The notes beneath the pieces were generated by a model, which made no database searches, was not told where the DNA came from, and saw only the letters and a list, made by a program, of their open reading frames with translations. 36,459 nucleotides of DNA from Octopus sinensis (taxonomy: Eukaryota), in contig NW_021833227.1 in the NCBI RefSeq assembly GCF_006345805.1, positions 1 to 36,459 of the forward strand. The letters are read 5' to 3'. Of this stretch, positions 11,071-23,375 are shown in pieces. Position 1 is the first letter of the stretch. Each line of letters begins with the position of its first letter. Position numbers and translations under genes: made by a program.

Positions 11071-11650
11071 GTGAATGGAGAAAGTTTGAGTAAAATCAAG
11101 AAGTCTTCCTGTGAACATTACCTGGGCATCATTGTCGGCAGCAACTTGCGCAGGACAAAGCACATCTCTAAAATCGTCAAGAAGGCCGAGGATATCTTGG
11201 CACCAATCAGCAAGACCTTTGTCAGCTGCTTTCTAGCCATTTATTTAATTGTGTGGCCACAATTGGAATTTATATCACCTGTCTGGAACCCCTATCTTGC
11301 TCAGAACATCGACCTCCTGGAAACTGCATAGAGACGTGCAATCAAGCGAATACCCTCCATCAGGCATCGACCATACTCTGAACGCCTTGCTCCGACGTCT
11401 GCCAACCACAAAATTATTAACCTGTATCAGTTGTTAGCTGCCGAGACATTGCATCCTTTAAGACCTCCATGTTTCCTGAAATTCGCCAACACTACACCTG
11501 ATATCACCACTCCATTCACATGCACACATGTATATCATGACTCATAGATTGTTCAATTTCCTGACATTTGCACATAATTCTATATACTATACATATACTT
11601 TTGATAGGTTGTAGTGCACCTGAGCACTGTACACAATTTTGTTATTATCA
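11071..11650 (+). mobile_element. CR1/L2-group LINE, decayed 3' fragment
   Basis: EHYLGIIVGSNL...HISKIVKKA...PQLEFISPVWNPYLAQNIDLLE..RRAIKRIPSIRHRPYSERL, the post-RT region of CR1/L2, followed by a stem-loop and (TTA)-type tail. Confidence 0.8.
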
Positions 11651-11761
11651 TTTAATGGGAACATGTATCATGGTGAGAGAAACAAATTTATATATACGGT
11701 GTTGAATATGATTTCACTATGGAAAAAGTTAAGGGCAAGGTTGCTGTTGTATAAAAAATAT

Positions 11762-12165
11762 GCATAGGAGTGGCTGTGTGGTATGTAGCTTGCTTACCAA
11801 CCACATGGTTCCGGGTTCAGTCCCACTGCGTGGCACATTGGCCAAGTGTCTTCTACTATAGCTTCGGGCCAACCAAAGCCTTGTGAGTGGATTTGGTAGA
11901 AGGAAACTAAAAAAAGCCCGTCGTAGATATGTGTGTGTATATATGTGTGTGTGTGTTTGTTTGTCCCCCCAACATCGCTTGACAACTGATGGTGGTGTGT
12001 TTACTTCTCCGTCACCTAGCGGTTCGGCAAGAGAGACCGATAGAATAAGTTCTAGGCTTACAAAGAATAAGTCTTGGGTTCGATTTGCTCAACTAAATGC
12101 GGTGCTCCAGCATAGCCGCAGTCAAATGACTGAAACTAGTAAAAGAGAAAAAAAGAATAAAAGAA
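11762..12165 (+). mobile_element. SINE family 1, full length
   Basis: Same head, body and tail as 9284-9702. Confidence 0.9.
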
Positions 12166-12604
12166 TTATAGCCACTTTTATGTGACAACGTGTACCCACC
12201 ACTGAGGAGACGCAATACAGATCAAAACCACTTGAAGCTTGGTGTGGCAGGAGTTGTCTCCCACTTGCAATAAATATCGTGTGTGAGAAGCACACTGAAT
12301 AAACCAGCTGCAGGAGATGTCTTCCTGGTGTTAAATGGCAGTAATGTCGTCTCTTAGAGGATAGCCACACTAAAGTGGCCATAAGTAATACGTTTTGTGT
12401 CCATATACAGGTTCTATCTTGAACAGAGATTTACTAACAGACTAGTTTCCTACAAACACACACACAAACACACATACATATATACTGGTTATTGGGAATG
12501 GTTATTATTGGTTTAGCCTAGAAACAAGTAAATTCAGCCTAGCCTAGAGACAAATCAATTTGACTTAAGTCATGTCTCCTGGAACCAATAAATGATGTAG
12601 GGTG

Positions 12605-12707
12605 TGATATACCTATATACATATATACATACATATATATACATATATATATATATATTATATATATATATATACATACATACACACACACACACACATA
12701 TATATAT

Positions 12708-12798
<91 letters not shown>

Positions 12799-12799
12799 A

Positions 12800-12841
<42 letters not shown>

Positions 12842-12850
12842 ATATATATA
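12605..12850. repeat. (TA)/(CA)/(TG) microsatellite
   Basis: Dinucleotide tract. Confidence 0.95.
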
Positions 12851-12947
12851 TATCTATACAATATGTTACATTACTCGGTAGTCAAGATAACTACTCGGTA
12901 GTCAAGATTATCTTGACTACCGAGTAATGTAACATATTGTATAGATA
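12851..12947. repeat. 40-bp-arm fold-back hairpin
   Basis: 12851-12890 is the reverse complement of 12908-12947; the 17-bp spacer is a direct copy of part of the left arm. Confidence 0.9.
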
Positions 12948-13037
12948 AATTTCCTCTATTTACATAATATTGAGGTCTCTTTCTTTCTTTTGTTATCTTA
13001 CCGTTTTATCAATATATATATATATATACCCCCATGA

Positions 13038-14880
<1,843 letters not shown>

Positions 14881-14884
14881 AGGC

Positions 14885-15230
14885 TATGGAAGAAGTCGCT
14901 TACCCAAAGTGCCATACAGTGGGACTGAACCTGAAAACGTGGGTATGAAACAAAGTTCTTAACCACACAGCCATGTCTGGGCCTCTAATCTGGTACTTAT
15001 TCTATCAGTTCTTTTACTGAATTATGAGGCTCTGGGGATGTAAACAAAACAATATTGGTTATTAAGCAGTGGGGGGAACATGGACACACACACACACACA
15101 CATATACATATAGAAGCTATGGATTTCTACTGCTTTCAGCCTTCCAAATCTAGTGTCATGATGTGAGGCCGAACCCAACACTATGTCGTCCAGAAGTGGA
15201 CTAATAACCACTCAGCCACTAGGAACAAAT
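14885..15230 (-). mobile_element. SINE family 1, rearranged fragments
   Basis: Pieces such as gtgccatacagtgggactgaacc and ccacacagccatg are reverse-complement SINE head sequence. Confidence 0.6.
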
Positions 15231-15440
15231 TAGAGTGAACTTTATTGAAATTATTACTCATTTTGCCCCACTTTAGACGTCGAAATTTGAAAAAGTTTGG
15301 TGTGAAGAAAATTTGACTTGGACTCAAACAGCGAAAATATATTGATTTTTTATACGAAAATTCTCGAGATATTTTATTAGCAACCTCAATTACAATCGAA
15401 TCAAAACTGACTCGGTCGACAAATGTAGATACTTTTAGCT

Positions 15441-15575
15441 AGTCTCAAAGTTCCGGCACTTCTAGCCGACGAGGCACAACATGTCTAAACACCGGTGTCC
15501 CAGAATGCCGTGCGCCAATGGGGCGAATGTGTTGTGGGATGGCCCCTTACTCTGTATTAAATGAAAACGGTAAGT
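15441..15575 (+). promoter_or_regulatory. Candidate promoter / first non-coding exon of the ZNF gene
   Basis: Non-repeat, CpG-retaining, GC-richer island with TTCCGG (ETS-like) and a strong donor AAACG|GTAAGT at 15570; an acceptor lies at 20627. Confidence 0.35.
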
Positions 15576-15758
15576 TGACAAAGATTTACTTTAATGCTGA
15601 ATAATTCACTCCCCCGTCGAAGACGACCTGTGGGTGTTCAGCCGTTGCCGAATGACCAGCACAAATGATTTGTCCAATGCATGTGTTGTACCTTACCTCA
15701 CTGTCTCCCTTAAATAGACGTTGTCCGAACAGGTGCTCTGTGGGTCCTACTGAAGAAG

Positions 15759-15964
15759 GCGGCGAGCTGGCAGAGACGTTAGCGCGTCGGGCGAAATGCT
15801 TAGTGGTATTTCCTCTGTCGTTACGTTGTGAGTTCAAGTTCCGCCGAGGTCGACTTTGCCTTTCATCCTTTCAGGGTCGATAAATTAAGTACTGGGGGGT
15901 CGATGTAATCGACTTAATGCCTATGTCTGTCCTTGTTTAGCCCCTTGTGGGTAATAAAGAAATA
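15759..15964 (+). mobile_element. tRNA-derived SINE family 3
   Basis: ggcggcgagctggcag...gagttcaagttccgccgaggtcgactttgcctttcatcc...aataaagaaatagg; further copies at 17270-18107 and 34575-34690. Confidence 0.85.
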
Positions 15965-16119
15965 GGTACTAATTAAGAAGAGTGGTCCCGGTGCGCGCAC
16001 TCGCTCATCCGCGCTAGCTAGTCGTGACTAGTCGATCCTACAACGACTACCTAGCAAAGTAAATAAAACAAAACAAATAATTTTTTTACACAAAGTAAGG
16101 ATGTTTTTGTGTCTTATTT

Positions 16120-16506
16120 ACTTTCTTTTTTACTTGTTTCAGTCATTTGGCTGCGGCCATGCTGGAGCACCGCTTTTCGTCGAGCAAATCGACCCCAGTA
16201 CTTATTCTTTGTAAGCCTAGTACTTATTCTATCGGTCTCTTTTGCCAAACCGCTAAGTGACGGAGACGTAAACATACCAGCATCAGTTGTCAAGCGATGC
16301 TGGGGGGACAAACACACACACAAATACATACACACATATATACAACGGGCTTCTTTCAATTTCCATCTACCAAATCCTCTCACAAGGCTTTGGTCGGCCC
16401 AAGGCTATAGCAGAAGACACTTGCCCAAGGTGCCATGCAGTGGGACTGAACCTGGAACCATGTTGTTGGTAAGCAGGCTACTTACCACACAGCCACTCCT
16501 GCGCCT
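16120..16506 (-). mobile_element. SINE family 1, full length
   Basis: Reverse complement of the family 1 sequence. Confidence 0.9.
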
Positions 16507-16527
16507 ATACTTTGTGTAAAAAAATTA

Positions 16528-16918
16528 GGCAATCTTTCGTCTCTAGTAGACCTTTCCGTCGATTTACGTAAAAAAATTTATTTTTTTTTACATATGGGCT
16601 TGCGGAAACTTGAAGTAATGAGAGCGAAAGAGACTAAGAGAAAGCGATTGTATGACGAGGGAAGTTCTTTTGAAGTTACCGTGCATGTGAAGCATTGATG
16701 TACATGTGTGTGTTTGATGGGGTGTGGGAGACAGACAGTATGTTGTGTAAGTGAAGTGCTTCTGTTAGTGTGTGTGAAGAGACAGAGATAACTGAAATTT
16801 TTTACTCGGTGTATGTGTATATGTATGTAACTTCAAAAGTTCCTGCAAGCCCATATGTAAAAAAAAAAAATTTTTTACGGAAATCGACGGAAAGGTCTAC
16901 TAGAGACGAAAGATCGCC
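16528..16918. mobile_element. Merlin-like MITE, copy 2
   Basis: TIR GGCAATC.../...GATCGCC about 100 bp; exact 8-bp TSD AAAAATTA (16520-16527 and 16919-16926); internal body shared with copy 1. Confidence 0.78.
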
Positions 16919-17024
16919 AAAAATTATTTATTTTGTGTTTTATTTACTTTGCTAGGATCAACTAGCTAGCGTGAGTACGCGAGTGCGCGCACTGGGACCA
17001 CTCTTCTTAAGTAGTACCCTGTAT

Positions 17025-17260
17025 TTAAGCTCATGGTCGTCAGGTCGTGGGTTCATTTCCCGATGGCGCGTTTTGTCCTTGAGCAAGTCACTTTATTTCA
17101 TATTCCTCCACTCCGTTCAGCTGACAAAAATGAGTTCTTCCCGTATTTTACATGGAACAACCTTGTCACATTCTGTGTCACGCTAAATCTCCTCAAGAAC
17201 TACGTTAAGGGTACGTGTGGACTGTTCAGCCACTTGCGCGTAATAAAGGCATAAGGGCTG
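17025..17260 (+). mobile_element. tRNA-derived SINE family 2
   Basis: gggttcatttccc...gtccttgagcaagtcactt...aaaaatgagt...ccttgtcacattctgtgtcacgct...aactacgttaagggtac; shared with 28316-28620 and 31533-31710. Confidence 0.7.
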
Positions 17261-17269
17261 AAGTTTTGT

Positions 17270-18107
17270 GGGGAGGGGGACGAGCCGATTACAGCGACCC
17301 CAGAATTTCACTGCTACTTAATTTATCGACTCCAAAAGGAGTTAAGGCAAAATCAATCTCAGCGGAATTTGAACTCAGAAAGAAGCAGCGAACGAAATAC
17401 CTATTTCTTTATTACCCACAAAGGGCTAAACATAGAGGGACAAACAAAGGCAGACATAGGTATTAAGTCGATTACATCGACCCCAGTGTGTAACTGGTAC
17501 TTAATTTATCAACCCCGACTGGCTTCCGTGCCGGTGGCACGTAAAAGCACCATCCGTTCGTGGCCATTTGCCAGCTCCGTCTGGCACCTGTGCGGGTGGC
17601 ACGTAAAAAGCACCCACTACACTCACGGAGTGGTTGGCGTTAGGAAGGGCATCCAGCCGTAGAAACACTGCCAGATCTGACTGGGTCTGATGCAGCCTTC
17701 TGGCTTCCCAGACCCCAGTTGAACCGTCCAACCCATGCTAGTCTGGAAAGCGGACGCTAAATGATGATGATGATGATGAAAGGTAAAGTCGACCTCGGCG
17801 GAATTTGAACTCAGAACATGACGGCAGAAGAAATAGGGCTACGCATTTCGCCCGGCGTGCTAACGATTCTGCCAGCTCACCGCTTTACTACTACTACTAC
17901 TAATAATAATAATCCTTGGATTTTTGTGGGGAAGGTGACAATCAATCATATCGATCCCAGTACTTGACTGGTACTTAATTTATCGACCCCCAAAAGGATG
18001 AAAGGCAAAGTCGACCACAGCGGAATTTGTACTCAGAATGTAGAGACAGACGAAACACCGCTAAGCATTTTGCCCAGCATGCTAACAATTCTGCCAGCTC
18101 GCCACTT
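17270..18107 (-). mobile_element. Cluster of three SINE family 3 copies (17270-17392, 17396-17884 split, 17925-18107)
   Basis: Repeated aatttatcgacccc...aaagtcgacc.cggcggaatttgaactcagaa on the minus strand. Confidence 0.8.
17518..17776 (+). mobile_element. RTE 3' UTR-only insertion
   Basis: Matches 14570-14810 and ends in (GAT)n; it interrupts a SINE 3 copy at its ...aggat|gaaagg site. Confidence 0.85.
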
Positions 18108-18191
18108 TAATAATAATAATAATGTAAATAATAGAATTAAATGAACCCTTCGAAGTTACAGTCATTATATAGAGATGAAAGCACGTAACAA

Positions 18192-18492
18192 CATCATCAT
18201 CATCATTTAGCGTCCGTTTTCCATGCTAGCATGGGTTGGACGGTTCAACTGGGGTCTGTGAAGCCAGAAGGCTGCACCAGGCCCAGTCTGATCTGGCAGT
18301 GTTTCTATGGCTGGATGCCCTTCCTAACTCCAACCACTCCGTGAGTGTAGTGGGTGCTTTTTACGTGCCACCCGCACAGGTGCCAGACGGAGCTGGCAAA
18401 CGGCCACGATCGGATGGTGCTTTTTACATGCCACCGGCACGGGGGCCAGGCAAGGCTGGCAACGGCCACGATCGGATGGTGCTTTTTACGTG
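18192..18492 (-). mobile_element. RTE 3' UTR-only insertion with three tandem ~63-bp units
   Basis: (CAT)n on the plus strand is the tail; reverse complement of the 14570-14810 region. Confidence 0.85.
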
Positions 18493-18555
18493 ATAACTTC
18501 CAAACTGTTAATTTCAAAAGCCTACCATCAGCTAACAATAAAGCAGTGAAATTAA

Positions 18556-18990
18556 TTAGTCACGTGTGAGTAAAGCAGCATAATTAATTTTTTGAAAATT
18601 TGTAGATGTATCCCCCACTTCCGAATTTGCTTCTCCATAGCTTTTAGAAAAATGCATATCATCATCAGCATCTACTGCATTGTCAATATTATCATCGTTA
18701 CTTGGATGGTGGTAGGGAGGGCATGCCTGGAGAGTTTGGGTTAGAGTCAGGGTCACTCTTATTCTTGCTGACACACGGGGCAGAAGGGCTGGCAAAGTTT
18801 CTACTTGTTGCAGTGTAGGGGATGAAGCTAGGGCTGGTGCAGAGAATCAGAAAACCTGAAGAATACAGTTACCATTTACTGCTTACTTGATGCTGTGCAA
18901 TGCCATAATCTAGAACAGTAATCATGGATTATCTTTCCTCAGAACTTAAGTCTACTTTATGTAGGAGATCAGTCAATTGCTGATATATAT
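18556..18990 (-). pseudogene. Degraded coding-like relic, possibly the C-terminal part of a Tigger/pogo transposase
   Basis: Frameshifted stretches QLTDLLHKVDLSSEER*SMITVLDYGIAQHQ, ...SPSAPCVSKNKSDPDSNPNSPG... and NDDNIDNAVDADDD; same strand as and downstream of the Tigger DDE relic. Family assignment is weak. Confidence 0.3.
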
Positions 18991-19818
18991 TTGTGTATAG
19001 GAATAAAAAGTCGTAGTAATTAAATCATTTAGTTCTTGCAGGGAATTGAAACCGACGAAGTTGAATTTACTTTAATACAGCCATTTATATAGTTTTTTTT
19101 TTATTTTATAATTTTTTAATATTTGGGTTGGTCTGAACATGACTTCTTAAATAAGAAACCATGCAATATTGCATTGGGTTTGGTTAAGGAGGTCTTGCCC
19201 TGGTATGTGATGTGTTTTTATTTTCCCCTAACAAAGGAGTAATTATCATAATGCACCCTCGTGCATTAAATATGGTAATGAACCCCTGAAATGGCCATAG
19301 GGAATGTAAATATGGTTCCTTCTTTTTTGCTTAGACAGTGGCTTTTAAAAATAGGTTTTCCCCTTATCTTAAAAAGTAATTTTTAATCAAAAAAATTTCT
19401 AAACGATGAACTTTTATCTTACCTTATATATTATATATTTATATGTTTCCTATATATGTATTTTTATACTTTTTTATATATTTATTATTCTAGATGTTAT
19501 AATGTTAAAAAAAATTTTTTTAGTCGCTAAAGTATTAATTATTAATATTTAATTGCGATAGACTGTAATCACGCATTTCTCTTATATGCTTGTATAAATG
19601 AATTATGTTTCATCTTCTGTGATTTCATTCATGTATATTCTATGTGAAAGAAAAAGCATTATGTGATTAAATGTTCAAGATATGAAATGTTAGGTGGATG
19701 ACCTTATATTTGTTTGTTCTGCAACCATAGTTTAATATATTTGTCTCATTTAATTGAGCACTTCTATAGCAGTCCTATTAAACATTTTGTTCCTGATAAG
19801 AAACAATTACTTTATTAT

Positions 19819-19876
<58 letters not shown>

Positions 19877-19976
19877 TCACAATAAGGGTGAAAAAAATAG
19901 AATATTAATTAATAACATCAATTTAAAACACCAAGTGGCCTAACGTAAAAAAACTGGGACACAGTAAAAATTATTA

Positions 19977-20028
19977 ATACAAGTAATAAGAGAGAGACTA
20001 CATGTGGTCTCTCTCTTATTACTTGTAT
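19977..20028. repeat. 52-bp near-perfect palindrome
   Basis: atacaagtaataagagagagac-tacatgtg-gtctctctcttattacttgtat (22-bp arms). Confidence 0.9.
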
Positions 20029-20045
20029 ATATATATATTATATAT

Positions 20046-20330
20046 CTAACTTCTTTCAGGTATTTTTTGCCAATAAAGGGTTATTTCATCTGCATCAAGA
20101 ACTTGGCATACTAAGTATCCACCCTTGTTCACTTTACTAAACTTTACTAAATTCCTGCAGAATGTCGGAGAGAGGAATCCATGATAAAATGAGTTGGATG
20201 GAAGATAGGCATGAGTGGGTGAATACATGATGGCTAGAGATTGTTCTGTTACTTTTTGTGTATCCTTTAAGTCTTACAAAGTTCTTTTTTGTCCATCATT
20301 TTAGATTATCATGTGACCTTGGCATCAAAG
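20046..20330 (-). mobile_element. Tigger/pogo (CENP-B-like) transposase relic
   Basis: KGGYLVCQVLDADEITLYWQKIPERS matches the Tigger DDE_1 motif GYLPQQVFNADETGLFWKKMPERT. Confidence 0.75.
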
Positions 20331-20639
20331 AATGTTTTTACATCAGATACATCTAGCATTTATCCTCTGTTAAAGACTAAAGGAAGATGTTATACACTGC
20401 ACATATATAACACAGATTTGAAATAAATAACATTTCTCAATATCACTGTTTGGAATGATGACAAAATGATTTTGCCTTCTTATTAAACTTGGCTTATAAT
20501 GGTGTCTGTAGAATCTTCAGAGAGCAACAAAAACATAGTTGATGGCATGCAACAGTGAAAACAGAAATATTTGTTTGAAATCAACTTTAAAAATAGAAAG
20601 AGATAACCATTTCTGTATTGTGTTCAGAGAAGCCTAATT

Positions 20640-21995
20640 ATGGAAAATGAATCATGTGGGAATAATGTTGAATTTAAAACAAAATCTAAAAAGATTGATT
20701 CTCATGATGATAGGAAGAAAGGAACAGATAAATTATCATACCAGTGTAATACCTGTAAGAAGGTATTTGCTGAGAAAGGTAATCTTGTTAGACACACACG
20801 TATTCACACAGGAGAGAAGCCATTTCAGTGTGATATCTGTGGTAAATCATTTCCGCAAAGAAGTCACTTAACTAAACACAGCCGTATTCATACAGGCGAG
20901 AAGCCCTATCATTGTGATATCTGTGGTAAATCATTCTCTCAAAGACATGTTTTAACTACTCACAAATATACACATACGGGTGAGAAACCCTATCATTGTG
21001 ATATCTGTGGTAAATCATTCTCTCGAAGTCAGCGCTTAACCGAGCACATACGTATTCATACAGGAGAGAAACCATATCAATGTGATATCTGTGGTAAATC
21101 CTTCACTCAAAGAAATCACTTAACTGAACACAACCATATTCATACAGGTGAGAAGTCTTATCATTGTGACACCTGTGGCAAATCATTGTCTACAAGATAT
21201 CACTTAACTGAACACAAATGTATTCATACAGGTGAGAAGCCATACCACTGTGACATCTGTGGTAAATTATTCTCTCAATCTGAGCGCTTAATTGTGCACA
21301 AATGTATTCATACAGGTAAGAAACCATATCACTGTGATATCTGTGGTAAATCATTCTCTAGAAAAAGTGACTTAACTAAGCACAACCGTATTCATACAAA
21401 AGAAAAGCTGTATCATTGTGATATCTGTGGTAATTCATTCTCTCAGAAACATGCCTTAACAACTCACAAATATATTCATACAGGTGAGAAGCCATATCAC
21501 TGTGATATCTGTGGTTATTCATTCTCTCGAAGTCAGCGCTTAACTGAACACAAACGTATTCATACAGGAGAGAAACCTTATGAGTGTGATATCTGTGGTA
21601 AATCATTCTCTTTACGTCAGCGTTTAACCGAACATGTACGTATTCACACAGGAGAGAAACCATATCAATGTGATATCTGTGGTAAATCATTCTCTCTAAG
21701 TCAGCACTTAACCGAGCACAAACGTATTCATACAGGAGAGAAGCCATTTCATTGTGACATCTGTGGTAAATCATTCTCTCATGGGAATACATTAACTATA
21801 CACAAACGTATTCATACAGGAGAGAAGCCATATCACTGTGATATCTGTGGTAAATCATTCTCTCAAAATGGTGACTTAACTACACACAAACGTATTCATA
21901 CAGGTGAAAAGCCGTATCATTGTGATGTCTGTGGTAAATCATTCTCTTATAAAAGTAGCTTAAATACACACAAATGTATTCATACAGAAAAGTAA
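20640..21995 (+). CDS. C2H2 zinc-finger protein, 15 tandem Kruppel-type fingers, 451 aa
   Basis: 33-aa leader, then 15 CxxC-x12-HxxxH units with TGEKP-type linkers and no stops. Acceptor ttctgtattgtgttcag at 20611-20627; the 12 nt between acceptor and ATG are in frame, so an upstream coding exon is possible. AATAAA at 22025-22030. Confidence 0.95.
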   Translation: MENESCGNNVEFKTKSKKIDSHDDRKKGTDKLSYQCNTCKKVFAEKGNLVRHTRIHTGEKPFQCDICGKSFPQRSHLTKHSRIHTGEKPYHCDICGKSFSQRHVLTTHKYTHTGEKPYHCDICGKSFSRSQRLTEHIRIHTGEKPYQCDICGKSFTQRNHLTEHNHIHTGEKSYHCDTCGKSLSTRYHLTEHKCIHTGEKPYHCDICGKLFSQSERLIVHKCIHTGKKPYHCDICGKSFSRKSDLTKHNRIHTKEKLYHCDICGNSFSQKHALTTHKYIHTGEKPYHCDICGYSFSRSQRLTEHKRIHTGEKPYECDICGKSFSLRQRLTEHVRIHTGEKPYQCDICGKSFSLSQHLTEHKRIHTGEKPFHCDICGKSFSHGNTLTIHKRIHTGEKPYHCDICGKSFSQNGDLTTHKRIHTGEKPYHCDVCGKSFSYKSSLNTHKCIHTEK

Positions 21996-22043
21996 CTATC
22001 AGTTCCAAAATTTAGTTTGTGGTAAATAAAGCCCTGTATATTT

Positions 22044-22583
22044 ATATATTTGTTGTGCAAGATTTTTTATGTGAAGTCGTGTGTTGAAACAGATATTGTT
22101 ATATTTCGGAATGGTCATTTTGCCAGTTTAGCCAATAGTATTGTTGTTATACATACATACATACAAGCATATGTAATGATAATAATAATAAGTGGATGTA
22201 AACACATGAACAAAATAAGAATAAACAAAAACAACAACAAAAACAAATTACATGAACATATATAAACAGAAGATACAAATATTACAGGCATCCCCTCACA
22301 TACACACACTGAATAAACATAGACGCACATAGAGATATACGCATGAGCAAATGAAGACACATACAATAGAAATACAAAATGGCTGACGGTTAGTAAGGAG
22401 AGACACAAATAAGAAAGAAGAAAACAAAGGACCACTGATGCGGTCACAGGAGTGTGACGAAAGAACTCTGGTCGAAATAAGATTAAGATTAATGTAAAAA
22501 ATAACACTGAAGCAAAATAACACCAAATATATAGTGCATATATATTGGCTAAACTGGCAAAATGACCATTCCGAAATATAACA
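22044..22583. mobile_element. 540-bp PLE-type insertion with a 16-bp TSD, a 42-bp inverted repeat and an HHR
   Basis: TSD aaagccctgtatattt at 22028-22043 and 22584-22599; 22096-22137 is the exact reverse complement of 22543-22584. Confidence 0.75.
22430..22473 (+). ncRNA. Type I hammerhead ribozyme motif with a core variant
   Basis: gacca-CTGATGC-g-gtcac-aggagt-gtgac-GAA-AgaacT-C-tggtc. Perfect 5-bp stems I and II; A9 is replaced by C. Confidence 0.65.
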
Positions 22584-23069
22584 AAAGCCCTGTATATTTG
22601 TCAATCAAATTGTTTCATTTTTTTTTATTGGTAGAAATCTCAAGAAAACAAATGTCATTCACCCAAGATTGAGGGTGAATATATTCTTAAAGTCAAATTT
22701 TAGTAACTCGTGAGCATTTCTAGGCTTCATCAATAAGTCAGTTTGCAACCAAATTGAATGCAGTGTTTTTAGCAATGTTGGTCCAGTTCTGAGCTACATT
22801 TTGAGATAAAATTAATGAATTTGGTTCATTAGGAAAAACAAAAGTTAGGTCAAAAATGTGAGAGTAAGATGGAAAATTGACTTTGAATCAAAATATCTGT
22901 CACTCTCTCTCTCTCTACGTCTGTCTGCATTCATAGAGAAAATTATCATCGCCACCACCACACAATCATGAGAATCTTTCTATATATAGATAGAGAGAGA
23001 GGGGGAGAGAGAAAGTAATAAAGAGTGAATGAGAATAACGACGAAGGGTTTAAAAAGATTAAAAATATT

Positions 23070-23372
23070 GAAGGTGGCAGAGGAAAGATAGTAGACACTG
23101 TCAAACGACATTATAGAGAGAAAGGAAGGGAGGAAAGAGAGAGACGGAGGAAGAAAAGGTCATATGAGAGAAGACTTGTCAAAGTGTACGTTTTTTGCCC
23201 TAGCAACGACACCTTTTAAGATAGGGATTTCTAACCTAGCCCACTCGCATCCTCACCTCATTTTACATGTCCCTGTAAATTTTGGAGTCAATCCGACGGG
23301 ATCTAGTGGCCTTTAACCCATTCCAATGCCAAAACCAGACAAACTTTTCGCATTTCAGAATTATAATATATA
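23070..23372 (-). mobile_element. Helitron-like element, 5' part (tandem partner of 23376-24697)
   Basis: Direct repeat of 24370-24690 (gacttgtcaaagtgtacgtt...catttcag); abuts the CTAG end of the next copy. Confidence 0.6.
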
Positions 23373-23375
23373 TAC

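Larger units (their letters stand above)
15965..17018. mobile_element. Palindromic fold-back MITE interrupted by a SINE and a Merlin-like MITE
   Basis: Left arm 15965-16097 is the inverse of 16508-16526 plus 16919-17018 (aagaagagtggtccc.gtgcgcgcactcgc). Superfamily unresolved (internal TTAA at both ends; outer GGTAC termini lack a clear TSD). Confidence 0.7.

Noticed and set aside
15750-15805. CTGAAGA...GAAA hammerhead-like spacing
   Set aside because: It arises from a flank-SINE 3 junction and stems I and II do not pair.
21376-21792. 138-aa repetitive minus-strand ORF
   Set aside because: Antisense shadow of the zinc-finger array.
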